Shown: positions 46,504 to 56,355 of the stretch, in pieces
Layout of the letters: each line of letters begins with the position of its first letter
Position numbering within the stretch: the first letter of the stretch is position 1
NCBI GenBank assembly: GCA_025360005.1
Contig: JANYDA010000032.1
Span: 148,624-212,623 of the forward strand
Direction: 5' to 3'
DNA length: 64,000 nt
Source of the DNA: Fibrobacteria bacterium
Lineage (GTDB): Bacteria; Fibrobacterota; Fibrobacteria; UBA11236
Program-made: the position numbers and the translations under genes
The notes under the pieces: model-generated
Databases searched by the model: none
Seen by the model: only the letters and a program-made list of their open reading frames with translations
Told to the model about the DNA's origin: nothing

Positions 46504-48882
46504 TCAGAAGGTCTTGCGCACCCGGTGATCGGGTTTCTTTTCCTTCTCTTTTTCCTTGTCTTTGTCCTTGTCCTTCGCCTTGCCCTTTTCCTTACCCTCT
46601 TCCGGGGTAACGGCAGTGGTACGTCGATCCTTGTGCTGATTGGCGGTGAAGATGTCGTCTCCGGAAGCGCTTTTGTTATGCAGCTCCTGAGTGCAGGGTT
46701 CGGTGGGCTGGTGCCCGGCGATATAGTAATCGGTGGTGTTCAGCTTGCAGAAGCTTTGCGCCAGCAGCCCGGAAGTCTGGCACACGGTCGCCTCCACCAC
46801 GCCGTCCGGCCGCGGGAACTCCAGCGCCTTCTTGCCTTTTTCGGCGCGGGTCATTACGGAAATCCAGACGGGAACGGCATCGTCCGCGCCGGTGTGGCCG
46901 GGACCCATGGAAGCGTGATCGTCCGCGCCCACCCAGATGCCCATGGTCAGCCGCTTGGTGAACCCGATGTACCAGGCATCGTTGTAATCGTTGGTGGTGC
47001 CGGTCTTGCCTCCGGAGGGATGGTTGAAGCCGCTGGCCCAGATGGCGGCGGCGGTGCCGTGGATGTTCACGTCCCTGAGCATGGTGCACATGATCCACGC
47101 CGCTTCCTTGCGCAGCACCTCGTTGGTCTGCGGCACGTTCTGGTAGATGGTCTGGCCGTTCTTGTCCACGATTCTCTCGATAAGATATGGGGTGGGACGC
47201 ACGCCCCCGTCGGGAAATGCCGTATAGGCCGAAGTCATTTCCATCAAGGTTGCCTCACAGGATCCGATGCCCAAGGAAGGCACGGGCAGCACGCTATGCA
47301 TGAGGCCGAACTTGCGGGCGTAGGAAACCACGGTCTTGAGGCCGTATTTCATGGCCACTTCGATAGCGGGCAGGTTCTTGGATTTGTATAACGCACGGCG
47401 CATGCTGATCTTTCCATCGAAACCGGGTTCGTAATTGTGAGGCCGCCAGAACTTGGTGGAGTCGATTGGATCGGGGATGGTGATGGGCTGGTCGTTCAGG
47501 ATGTCCCCCGGGCTGGCGCCGTTGTCCACCGCGGTAGCGTAGACGAACGGTTTGAATGAGGACCCAGGGGAACGCACCGCCTGCAGGGCCCGGTTGTATT
47601 TGGACTTCTCGAAGCTCTCGCCGCCCACCATCGCCCGCACCGCGCCCGTTTCGTTGTCCAGGATCAGCAACGCCGATTGCGCGTGCACGTAGCGCATGGA
47701 ATCCGGGAACCGCTTCTGGTAGGCCGCGGTGGTATCATGCTCATGCAGGTAAAGCGAATCGAAGCGGGGATAGAATTCATCCCAGCGGTGAATGATGGTA
47801 TCCATGGGGGTTTTCATCAGCCCCGCCATGTTGAAGGCCCTGGCGGTGCGGTAGCGCAAGCGCACGCGCGTCTTATGCAGATTGGCCACCAAGGTGGACT
47901 CGGCGTAATTCTGGAGATTGGAGTCCAAAGTGGTATATACGGTCACGCCCTGGTTGTATACGAGATCCTCGTTCCACTTCTTCTCCATGAATTGGCGCAC
48001 CGTCTCCACGTAATAGCCGGCGAACTCCGTGGGCGGCTGCCACATCTTCATGTCCAGGCCGGATTTCAGGCTCTCCTTCAATTGCGCGCGCGTGATGTAC
48101 CCCATCGACTTCATCGCCCCCAGGACGGTGTTGCGGCGTTCCCGCGCCGCTTCCGGATTCAGATCCGGCCGGTAGGCTTCGGGCCGTTGCAGCAGGCCGG
48201 CGAGCAAGGCGTATTGGTTGATGGCCAGAGAATCCAGGGGCCGGGAGAAATACCGCTGCGCGGCGGCGGCGAATCCGTACGCTCCCGATCCCAGGTAGAC
48301 CTGGTTGAAATAGAATTCCAGGATCTCGTTCTTGGTGTATGTCCTTTCGATCTGGACGGCCACCAGGATTTCCTTCAGCTTGCGGACGATGGAGCGTTCC
48401 GGCGTCAGGAAAAGGTTCTTGGCCAATTGCTGGGTCAAGGTGGAGGCCCCGCGCGCGCGCTTGCCCATTAAAGCCGGCAACAATGCGGATGGATAGGCCG
48501 CCAGGTCCACGCCCCAATGCTCGTAGAATTTCTGATCCTCGATGGCGAAGACGGCCAGCTTCTGCGCCTTGGGGATTTGCGCCGCCGGCGTCCAGATGCG
48601 GCGCTGGGTATAGAACTCGTGCACCAGCGCGGTGTCCTTATCGTACACCTTGGTAATGAGGTTGGGTTCGATGCGCTCCATGGTTTCCAGGGAAGGCAGG
48701 GTGCGCCAGTAATGGACCGCCACGGCGGCCATGAGGAAAGTTCCCAACACGGGAAGGAATCCCAGTATCAGGATCCACCGGAACACGCTGCGACGATAGG
48801 CGGGTTTCCCCAGATCCCGGCGCACCAGGCGGAACCAATCGGAGAACAGGGAGGCGATTCCCCGGATCAGTTTTGTGAACAT
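46504..48882 (-). CDS. mrcA: penicillin-binding protein 1A (bifunctional glycosyltransferase/transpeptidase)
   Basis: N-terminal TM, GT51 motifs (…EDQKFYEHWGVD…), transpeptidase SxxK/SxN/KTG-type motifs. C-terminal KDKDKDKEKEKEK low-complexity tail. Confidence 0.9.
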   Translation of the reverse strand: MFTKLIRGIASLFSDWFRLVRRDLGKPAYRRSVFRWILILGFLPVLGTFLMAAVAVHYWRTLPSLETMERIEPNLITKVYDKDTALVHEFYTQRRIWTPAAQIPKAQKLAVFAIEDQKFYEHWGVDLAAYPSALLPALMGKRARGASTLTQQLAKNLFLTPERSIVRKLKEILVAVQIERTYTKNEILEFYFNQVYLGSGAYGFAAAAQRYFSRPLDSLAINQYALLAGLLQRPEAYRPDLNPEAARERRNTVLGAMKSMGYITRAQLKESLKSGLDMKMWQPPTEFAGYYVETVRQFMEKKWNEDLVYNQGVTVYTTLDSNLQNYAESTLVANLHKTRVRLRYRTARAFNMAGLMKTPMDTIIHRWDEFYPRFDSLYLHEHDTTAAYQKRFPDSMRYVHAQSALLILDNETGAVRAMVGGESFEKSKYNRALQAVRSPGSSFKPFVYATAVDNGASPGDILNDQPITIPDPIDSTKFWRPHNYEPGFDGKISMRRALYKSKNLPAIEVAMKYGLKTVVSYARKFGLMHSVLPVPSLGIGSCEATLMEMTSAYTAFPDGGVRPTPYLIERIVDKNGQTIYQNVPQTNEVLRKEAAWIMCTMLRDVNIHGTAAAIWASGFNHPSGGKTGTTNDYNDAWYIGFTKRLTMGIWVGADDHASMGPGHTGADDAVPVWISVMTRAEKGKKALEFPRPDGVVEATVCQTSGLLAQSFCKLNTTDYYIAGHQPTEPCTQELHNKSASGDDIFTANQHKDRRTTAVTPEEGKEKGKAKDKDKDKEKEKEKKPDHRVRKTF

Positions 48883-49041
48883 GCACGCATAAGGTAAAAA
48901 TTACTTCCCGGTTTTTTTTATCTTGCTGGCTTGTATCCGCAGGCCCCCGGTGGCCCCAAAGGCATCGTCATCCGCGGGCCGGGGCACGGAAGGCGCCCAG
49001 CAAGGAGTGGCCGAATGGATTCAGGTAAAGTTTGGAACAAA

Positions 49042-49920
49042 ATGGCGTCCGCCTTGTCGTTGGGTTGCTCCGTGCTTTCCTTGGCGGGATGCGGGACCGG
49101 CGAGCCTTCCGATACCACCCCACCGGATCCTATGATAAACCTGGAAAAGTCGCAAGGGAAATACCGCTTCAGCGTCACCGATACCATCGCCATCGATTTC
49201 AGCGAAGCCATCGACACCGCGGGCCTGGCGATAGCCGTCTCTCCCCAGGAGGGCCTACAGCACCGCTTCCAGGGCCGCGACCGCCTGCTCATCTTCGGCA
49301 CGGCTAAAACCTCCGGCACGCCCCACTTCAACATCGACTCCCCCTTTTCGCTCACGCTCGCCGGACTCAAGGACCTGGCCGGGAATGGACGCGGGGAGAT
49401 TTCGGAATCCTTCGCGCCCTATGCCTGGGCGGACCGGGATTTCATCGACACTACCTTTAACAGCTACGACTCCCTTTTCACCCCCGATTCCATGTGGGTG
49501 GACGGCACTCCGTTGACGGACACCATCGTTACCGAAGGCTGGCTCAACTTCAACAACAATTTCGGCAAGGAGGACAGGCAGGATTTCAAAATCGTCCGCA
49601 TGGTCCCGCCCGATACCCTGAAACTGTCGCTGGCTTGTTCCAAATCCCTCAACCTCCGTATGCAGATCGCCGGTCCGTTCCCGGAGAAGGGGCTGGATTC
49701 CGCATTGGCCGACTTTTCCTTTACCGACTCATCATTCTACTCGGACTCGACCCGGACCCGTGGGATACTGGCTTCTCAATTCACCGCCGATTTCACCACG
49801 CATTTTCATGTTTTCCATGATTCTCAAAAAGCCGGTATCTATGCCGTCAGATTGAGCATTCCGGAAAATACCAAGGGCTTTTACCGGCTTGGATTGCGGG
49901 TTCTCCGCGGCAAACCCTGA
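49042..49920 (+). CDS. lipoprotein, hypothetical
   Basis: Start at the internal ATG (MASALSLGCSVLSLAGC), two candidate lipoboxes. No known domain. Confidence 0.55.
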   Translation: MASALSLGCSVLSLAGCGTGEPSDTTPPDPMINLEKSQGKYRFSVTDTIAIDFSEAIDTAGLAIAVSPQEGLQHRFQGRDRLLIFGTAKTSGTPHFNIDSPFSLTLAGLKDLAGNGRGEISESFAPYAWADRDFIDTTFNSYDSLFTPDSMWVDGTPLTDTIVTEGWLNFNNNFGKEDRQDFKIVRMVPPDTLKLSLACSKSLNLRMQIAGPFPEKGLDSALADFSFTDSSFYSDSTRTRGILASQFTADFTTHFHVFHDSQKAGIYAVRLSIPENTKGFYRLGLRVLRGKP

Positions 49921-50019
49921 CACCGTCGGCGGGACCCTTCCGGAAAATCTCGCAGGAAAAACGGCCTTAAGGCTGACAGATTCACGCGGGTTGTTTATCT
50001 TTCCCCTTCCCCAAATTAT

Positions 50020-50093
50020 GCGGGTGTGGCCAAACTGGATAAGGCATCTGACTACGAATCAGAAGATTCCAGGTTCGACTCCTGGCACTCGCA
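50020..50093 (+). tRNA. tRNA-Arg (anticodon ACG)
   Basis: Hand-folded. Acceptor GCGGGTG/CACTCGC with one G-T pair, discriminator A. D arm carries GG at 18/19. Anticodon stem TCTGA/TCAGA with loop CTACGAA (U33, ACG, A37). T arm CCAGG-TTCGACT-CCTGG. No encoded CCA. Confidence 0.85.
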
Positions 50094-50234
50094 CTTTTCT
50101 TTTCCCTTAAGTCGACATTGAAGGAGCCAGCAAGGCTCCCGGGCCCCGAGCGGGCTCGATGGGAGAAGGAAGCCGGAAATTCCGGCGGGTGCCGAATCCG
50201 TTCCCATCGACGGGCCTTTTGTAGCCGGGATTTG

Positions 50235-50558
50235 CTAGGCTACCGTGCTGTGCCTAAAGGAGGCTTCCTTCATGGAGACGAGCGCCTCCATGATGCATTC
50301 GCACTTCTTGATGAATTGCAAACAGGTCTCCCGCTCGCTGGCGGAGTCGCGCTCTACGAAAATGCGCGCGGAATCCCGGACAACCGTTTCCATTTGCTGC
50401 GCCGAGAGGAAGTCCGCGTAGCAGTCGAGAAGACCGGACAAAACTTGGAACCGGTAAATGTCATCCCGACGATCATTTCTGGAATCGTTCTTGGCCAGCA
50501 TGGGATCCCCCGGGTTGGTTGTTTGATATGGTAATACGCGGAACCCTGTGAGAGCCAC
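50235..50558 (-). CDS. hypothetical small protein next to tRNA-Arg
   Basis: 107-aa ORF with reasonable codon usage and no motif. The gene call is uncertain. Confidence 0.35.
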   Translation of the reverse strand: MALTGFRVLPYQTTNPGDPMLAKNDSRNDRRDDIYRFQVLSGLLDCYADFLSAQQMETVVRDSARIFVERDSASERETCLQFIKKCECIMEALVSMKEASFRHSTVA

Positions 50559-50567
50559 CCTAAATGC

Positions 50568-51191
50568 TCAAGGGGAGTGCAAAAGAATCCCGGCTGTCAG
50601 ACGCACATCGCGATTCCGCCATTCGCGAACATCCCCTTTGGCCCCGTCCAGCAAATTGGTGAATCCGTGGGAATACCGGGCATCGGCGGTAATCTCGATC
50701 AGCGGGGTAAGGCCGAAATCGATGCCGCCTCCCACCTGCCCCGCCAGCCCCGTTTTGGCCACGCCGGAATTCCCCAAATCTCCATCGGTCGCCACGTGGC
50801 CGCTGGCGTCCGTATTGAACACCACATCCGGGCCCAGGAAACCGTATACGCCCAGGCCCGCCAAGCCCAAACGCGCTTTCAGAAGCACGGGAACCTCCAG
50901 GTTCACGAATCGGCCGCGCCCGGGAATGGCGTTACCCCCCGCGTCGAACTTGACGCCGCTTTCCACCAGCATCGGATCCACCATTATGCCCAGGAACGGA
51001 AGCATCAATCCCATTTCCATGCGGGCGCCGTAGGCCCAGCCGGTTATGGAATGGGTGGTATGCCCTTTCACGTCGGCATTCGCCAGATTGATCCCCGCCA
51101 GCGGGCCAAGGCCCCAACCGGCCTCGGCCCGAGCGGCTGCCGAGAGCGCCAGCAGGGAAATGATAAGCCTTAATGTTTTGATCGCACGCAT
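50568..51191 (-). CDS. outer-membrane beta-barrel (porin-family/OmpA-N-like) protein
   Basis: Start at the internal Met MRAIKTLRLIISLLALSAAARA (signal peptide). About 200 aa, Gly/aromatic-rich alternating strands. Confidence 0.7.
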   Translation of the reverse strand: MRAIKTLRLIISLLALSAAARAEAGWGLGPLAGINLANADVKGHTTHSITGWAYGARMEMGLMLPFLGIMVDPMLVESGVKFDAGGNAIPGRGRFVNLEVPVLLKARLGLAGLGVYGFLGPDVVFNTDASGHVATDGDLGNSGVAKTGLAGQVGGGIDFGLTPLIEITADARYSHGFTNLLDGAKGDVREWRNRDVRLTAGILLHSP

Positions 51192-51358
51192 GAGGTTTCT
51201 CCTTTCGTTCCGTTGATCCGCAGAACGCGGATGCAAGGGTCGATACAGGCAAACAAGTTTATGCGGAGCGCGGATGAAAGCATGGTGGCGGGCGGTAGGC
51301 GGCAGGCGGATGGGAAATGATTATTCCCCCCTCCCCGGTAATTACATATATTTCGGGA

Positions 51359-51688
51359 ATGAGCATCGATAACATCGCCTCGGTGATTTTGGAAAAACTG
51401 CGCGGCATCGCCCAGACTGAAACCGTGATTGGCAAGCCGATCACGGTGGACAATACCACCTTGATCCCCGTGTCCAAGGTCTCCTTGGGATTCGGATTGG
51501 GAGCCAATACCGGCAAGTCGGAATTGAGCGGCTCCGGCGGCGGGCTTACGGTGGAACCCATCGCGTTCATCGTGGTGAGCGAAGGCAATGCGCGCTTGAT
51601 GAGCCTGACCCGTGAGAAGGATGTTTTCGGGAAAGCCATAGATATGGTGCCCGATGTGCTCGCCATGTTGAAGAAGGATAAAGCTTAG
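51359..51688 (+). CDS. GerW/YtfJ family protein
   Basis: 'VIGKPITVDNTTLIPVSKVSLGFGLGANTGKSELSGSGGGLTVEPIAFIVV' matches the YtfJ/GerW core. Start could be 51317. Confidence 0.6.
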   Translation: MSIDNIASVILEKLRGIAQTETVIGKPITVDNTTLIPVSKVSLGFGLGANTGKSELSGSGGGLTVEPIAFIVVSEGNARLMSLTREKDVFGKAIDMVPDVLAMLKKDKA

Positions 51689-51733
51689 GCTTTAATCCCG
51701 GCGGCCAATTCGCTCAGGCCGCCGCCCCCCGAC

Positions 51734-53062
51734 CTACACCATTTCCTTGAAACGCTTCTCCAGGATGGCCCGGACCTTTTCCGTGTCGGCGGGGCATTCG
51801 GAAATCGGATTCGCGTACTTGGCATTCACTCCGGCCAGTTCGGACTTGTGGTACTTGGTCTTGAACTCGGAGAACTTCAAGCCATGGGCGGTAGAGACCA
51901 CCACGATCCGATCCTTGCGCGAAACCGCCTTCTCGTCGACCATTTGCAGCAAGGCCCCGATGGCCACGCCCGTATGCGGATCGCAGTACAGGCCGGTGCG
52001 ATCGGCCAGGTGGGCCGCGTTCGCCAATTGCTCTTCCGTCACCTGGTAGACCATGCCGGAATATTTCTTCAGCACGCGCACGGCGCGTTCATAGCTGACC
52101 GGATTCCCGATCTGGATGGCCGAAGCCTCCGTCTTCCCGGCCTGCATGGGCGCGAACTTGGAGAAGCCGGATTGAAAGGCGCGGTAAAGAGGATTGGCAT
52201 TGGCGGCCTGGGCCACCACGATGCGGGGCTTGCGATCGATGAGACCCAGCTCCAGCATCATGTCGAATCCGCGGCCGAGCGCGGACACGTTGCCCAGATT
52301 ACCGCCGGGGATGATGATCACGTCCGGCACTTCCCAGCCGAATTGCTGGCAGAGCTCAAGGCTGATGGTTTTCTGTCCTTCGATGCGCAGCGAGTTCATG
52401 GAGTTGGCCAAGTATAGGCTCTTGTCCTCCGTGATTTCCTGGACCACCTTCATGCACCCGTCGAAATCCGTGTCCAGGGAGATGACGATGGACCCATTGG
52501 AAATGGGCTGGATCAATTGGGCCACGCTGATCTTATTGCCCGGCAGAAAGACGACGGAAGGGATTCCGGCCGCGGCGCAATAGGCGGCCAGCGCGGCGGA
52601 AGTGTCCCCGGTAGAGGCGCAAGCCACCGCCTTGATGGGCACGCCTCTCCGGCGCATATGGTTCACCTGGGAGACCAGTACCGTCATCCCCAGGTCCTTG
52701 AAAGAGCCGGTGTGGCTGTTGCCGCACAACTTGATCCACAGATCGTCCAGGCCCACGTGCTCGCCTAAACGCTTGGCATAGAACAGATTGGTCCAGCCTT
52801 CGTTCAGGGAGATGATGTCCTCGTCGGCGATGCCGGGAAGCACCCATTCCTTTTTGCCCCAGACTCCGGAAGCGTAAGGCCATTGGTGGCTGCCGCAACG
52901 GGATTCAAAGAGGGTTTTCCAATCCTGGGCGGAGCGGGTACGCAATTGCACCATATCGTGCTCTACTTCGAGCAATCCCCCGTCCGAATCGCGATAAACG
53001 ACTTGGTCCAAGGGAAACGTGTTGTCGGTTCGATGACCTTTGAAGCAAGCGTTGAAAGCCAT
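51734..53062 (-). CDS. thrC: threonine synthase
   Basis: PLP lysine motif 'SHTGSFKDLGMT', Gly-rich 'IIPGGNLGNVSA'. Start at the internal Met (MAFNACFKGH...) giving ~442 aa. Confidence 0.9.
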   Translation of the reverse strand: MAFNACFKGHRTDNTFPLDQVVYRDSDGGLLEVEHDMVQLRTRSAQDWKTLFESRCGSHQWPYASGVWGKKEWVLPGIADEDIISLNEGWTNLFYAKRLGEHVGLDDLWIKLCGNSHTGSFKDLGMTVLVSQVNHMRRRGVPIKAVACASTGDTSAALAAYCAAAGIPSVVFLPGNKISVAQLIQPISNGSIVISLDTDFDGCMKVVQEITEDKSLYLANSMNSLRIEGQKTISLELCQQFGWEVPDVIIIPGGNLGNVSALGRGFDMMLELGLIDRKPRIVVAQAANANPLYRAFQSGFSKFAPMQAGKTEASAIQIGNPVSYERAVRVLKKYSGMVYQVTEEQLANAAHLADRTGLYCDPHTGVAIGALLQMVDEKAVSRKDRIVVVSTAHGLKFSEFKTKYHKSELAGVNAKYANPISECPADTEKVRAILEKRFKEMV

Positions 53063-53213
53063 GGGCCCAATGTAGGAATTTCCCGCCGGCGATTTTTTCC
53101 AGGCCCGAATATTTATATTTTCACGCGGTTCTCCCTCATGGAGGGACTTAACTGGCGGGTGAATTTCCCCGCCATTTGCAAAGCCCGGATTTGCAGAAAG
53201 CCTTATCCCCCCT

Positions 53214-55106
53214 ATGGGTGCCAAGCCGATTTTTGCCTTTCGTTTCCCTTCCCGTTCCATCCTCAAGGTCCTTGCGGCCGGAGCGCTGGCGCTGGCGGTA
53301 TCGTCCTGCATTTCAGATGGCCCCAACCGCACGGGCGGGGAATACCTGGCCCAGAACGGTGTGTTGCTGAAGGATCCGCTCTACCATGTTTCCCTCAAGA
53401 ATATCCCCGTCGACAGCTTTTGGACCACGGATGGCGAGGGCTCCCATCTGGGGGACAGCACCATGCTGGTCGGCCGCTCCGGGGACTTCTCGGCCGAAGG
53501 CCGCATCGCTTTCCAAATCAGCGATACCGCCATCCTTTATAATATGGATATCACCAAGGCGTTCACGCTCAAGCTTTCGCTGGGCTTTCCGGCCTGGACC
53601 TCCGGCCTGAGCGCCTTGCATGCCTCGGTCGCCACGGACCCCGCCCACCCCATCGATTCCATCCCGTTTGAAGTCCTTACCTGGGAGACTACCAGCCTTG
53701 GCCTCACCGACGACCAATGGACCGATACCGTCAACACTTGGAACCGCCGCTATCTGAACCGGGAAGATACCCTCGCCGCGTTGGACACCTCGCACATGAT
53801 CCGGGATACCATTTACCTCCGCTACGACTCGGCGTATACAAGGAACACGCCCCAGGCCAAACCGCTTCCCAACCTGCATGGCCGGTTGTCCCTTGCGCGC
53901 GGCGTCAAGCATATGCTGGAGATGCGTTTGGTCCGGATCTCCAAGGACAGCGTCGATGCTCCGGGAGGCATCCTGCGCTTGGGCGGCTTCACGGGAAGCA
54001 CGGAAGCGGAACTGGTCTACGGCCCTCTTCTCGTGTTCGGGAATTACGACAGCATCACCGGAGTGCCCACCGCCAACCGATTGCGGCCCATGCTTCTGGC
54101 GAGCGGCAAAACCATGGTCAATTACACCCTGAAGTACGCGGGCCCCAAGAACAATATCGTAACCGGCAAGATACGTGGCCTGCATGTTATCCTGGATCGC
54201 AAGACCCTGTTGGACAGCATCGACGCCAGCCTGCGGCTCCAGCACCTGCCGGTGCAGCCCCGTGCGGCCTCGGGCGACTATGACGCCGCCTACTTCGTGC
54301 CCTTCGCGAAAATCACCCTTCCCCTGGATGCGGCCCATTCCAATTTTGAAGGCGGCTATCCCTTGATCATAAACATGATCACCGCCATGGACACCCTCCT
54401 GGGGGACATCGTCGCCGGAGGCATCCGCATCGATACGGTCCTGGATAACACTTCCAAGGTTCTTTTCCACACCTATGAGTCGGGGCAGCCCGGAAAAATC
54501 CATGACGACGTCAGCATCGTCTACGCGGACGCCAGGAAGCCGGGCGATTCGCTTCGCACCGTGATCGTCAAATATTCGGTGGATACCCTGAAGAACGACA
54601 CCTTGTTCGTCCGGGTGGGGGAAGCGAAACAGAGAACCACGATATTGACGGGATACGGCTCCACCCGCCTGTACCTGGACTTCACCTCCCAAGAGGCCTC
54701 CTTGCTGGTCCGCAGCTATTTCACCAACAAGGCGGAAGTGGAGAACAACGAGTACCGGGATCCGCAAACGGGAGAAACCATTACCGATTTGGCCACCCGC
54801 TTGCCGCGATTCCTGAAGCCGGGGCAAACCGAATTGCCTCTGCGGGCAACGGACGGGTTCCAGCGGCTGCTCAACCGGACCCAATCGAATGCGAGCGTAT
54901 TGCAGGATTTCCAATTCCAGCCCGCGGCTTTTCCAGCGGTGGACCCCAAGACCTTGACGGACAAAGACGGCGCCGCTGTCTCCGGCGAAGACAAGGTCCC
55001 GGTGGTGGTTGAATATCCGGTGCTATCCGTGGTGGTTCCCCGCATCCAAGGCAATGACCTGAAAGTCGACGTGGATCTTTACCTCTATCCTTTGAAGGCG
55101 CGCTGA
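53214..55106 (+). CDS. large lipoprotein, hypothetical
   Basis: Signal peptide plus lipobox (LALAVSSC). 630 aa, no recognised domain. Confidence 0.65.
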   Translation: MGAKPIFAFRFPSRSILKVLAAGALALAVSSCISDGPNRTGGEYLAQNGVLLKDPLYHVSLKNIPVDSFWTTDGEGSHLGDSTMLVGRSGDFSAEGRIAFQISDTAILYNMDITKAFTLKLSLGFPAWTSGLSALHASVATDPAHPIDSIPFEVLTWETTSLGLTDDQWTDTVNTWNRRYLNREDTLAALDTSHMIRDTIYLRYDSAYTRNTPQAKPLPNLHGRLSLARGVKHMLEMRLVRISKDSVDAPGGILRLGGFTGSTEAELVYGPLLVFGNYDSITGVPTANRLRPMLLASGKTMVNYTLKYAGPKNNIVTGKIRGLHVILDRKTLLDSIDASLRLQHLPVQPRAASGDYDAAYFVPFAKITLPLDAAHSNFEGGYPLIINMITAMDTLLGDIVAGGIRIDTVLDNTSKVLFHTYESGQPGKIHDDVSIVYADARKPGDSLRTVIVKYSVDTLKNDTLFVRVGEAKQRTTILTGYGSTRLYLDFTSQEASLLVRSYFTNKAEVENNEYRDPQTGETITDLATRLPRFLKPGQTELPLRATDGFQRLLNRTQSNASVLQDFQFQPAAFPAVDPKTLTDKDGAAVSGEDKVPVVVEYPVLSVVVPRIQGNDLKVDVDLYLYPLKAR

Positions 55107-55107
55107 A

Positions 55108-56328
55108 ATGGGCTTACTTTCGTTCCGAACTTCGCGTCTCCTTTCCGCAAGCGCAGCCCTTTGCCTGGCTGCTTCCCTTTCCTTTGGGGAAACCTCTCCC
55201 CTAAGCGTTCTCAAGGAAGGCTTCGGCCCGGAAATCAGCCCGTATAATGCGCGGGAAAAAGGCATGGGAGAAGCCGGACTGGCTTCCATCAACCGCTTCG
55301 GCCCTTCCATTCCCAACCCGTCCAAAACCGCCTTCAATGAGAAGACCTCTTTCTCGGCAACCTTCGACACGGACTTGGATTGGGTGCGTGACGACGAAAC
55401 CTCCAACCGGACCACCAGCTTCGTCCTCCCCGACATCGCCCTGAACTTTCAAACCCGCTGGCCCTTGAACGTCGGCCTGTATTATCGCCAGCGTTTCGGC
55501 CGCAATTACAGCATCTTGCCCCAGATCCAGACCGATCCGAATGTGGTTGAATCCTATACCACGGAAGGCGGAATCTACGAGTTGGCGGGCACCCTTGCCT
55601 ATGCGCCCAAGCCTTTCCTGGCCTTGGCATTGGGCTATCACTTTTTGATCGGCAAGGAACGCACCATCGAAAGCGGCGCCTTCAATCAGAACCCCAACTC
55701 TGAAGATTTATATAACGGCAAGAATCTGAACGGGGATACCCTGTCGACCCGCAGCAGCGGCAATTACCCTTCCGCGTCCGTGACCTTCCGCCAAAAGACC
55801 TTCAGCCTGGCGGCGACGGGAACACTGGCCACCAGCCTGGATAGGACCTTCAATCGCACCATTACCAATATGGTCTCCACGGAAAAAAGCGAAGACCAGC
55901 GCGATTTGCCTTGGACATTGCAAGTGGGAGGATCGTACAAGCCCAAAGCGAACCAGACCCTGGCGGCGGATTTCGCATATGAAGCCTGGGACAACGCCTA
56001 TTCCCAATTGCTGAATCCCGCGCTCCATGCCGGTCTGGGTTATGAATACCAAGGTGTCGCCAGCCCTTACGAGCCCTATTTCCGAAAAGTTGCGTTTCGA
56101 GGGGGCTTAGGGTTTGAAAGGTTATATTTGGATGAGACCAACCTCTATTTCGCAACCTTGGGCAGCGGGTTGCCCTTGGGGAGAAGAGGAAACATTCTCG
56201 ATGTCGCATTAAAGTATGGACACCGTGGCAGGCTAGAAAATAGTTTATGGTCAGAGGATTTTTTGAAAGTTTCCGTGACTTTGACCGGTGTCAGCGTATG
56301 GGGACAGCCAATCCGCACACGCAGATAA
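55108..56328 (+). CDS. outer-membrane beta-barrel protein, hypothetical
   Basis: Starts 2 nt after the upstream stop. Signal peptide. Alternating beta-strand pattern, aromatic-rich. Confidence 0.6.
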   Translation: MGLLSFRTSRLLSASAALCLAASLSFGETSPLSVLKEGFGPEISPYNAREKGMGEAGLASINRFGPSIPNPSKTAFNEKTSFSATFDTDLDWVRDDETSNRTTSFVLPDIALNFQTRWPLNVGLYYRQRFGRNYSILPQIQTDPNVVESYTTEGGIYELAGTLAYAPKPFLALALGYHFLIGKERTIESGAFNQNPNSEDLYNGKNLNGDTLSTRSSGNYPSASVTFRQKTFSLAATGTLATSLDRTFNRTITNMVSTEKSEDQRDLPWTLQVGGSYKPKANQTLAADFAYEAWDNAYSQLLNPALHAGLGYEYQGVASPYEPYFRKVAFRGGLGFERLYLDETNLYFATLGSGLPLGRRGNILDVALKYGHRGRLENSLWSEDFLKVSVTLTGVSVWGQPIRTRR

Positions 56329-56355
56329 CCGGTGCGACTCCCTGGAGGTTCGACC

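Noticed and set aside
49921-51300. Integrated mobile element at tRNA-Arg
   Set aside because: No integrase, recombinase or duplicated tRNA 3' segment was seen. Only an orphan small ORF and an ordinary OMP gene follow.
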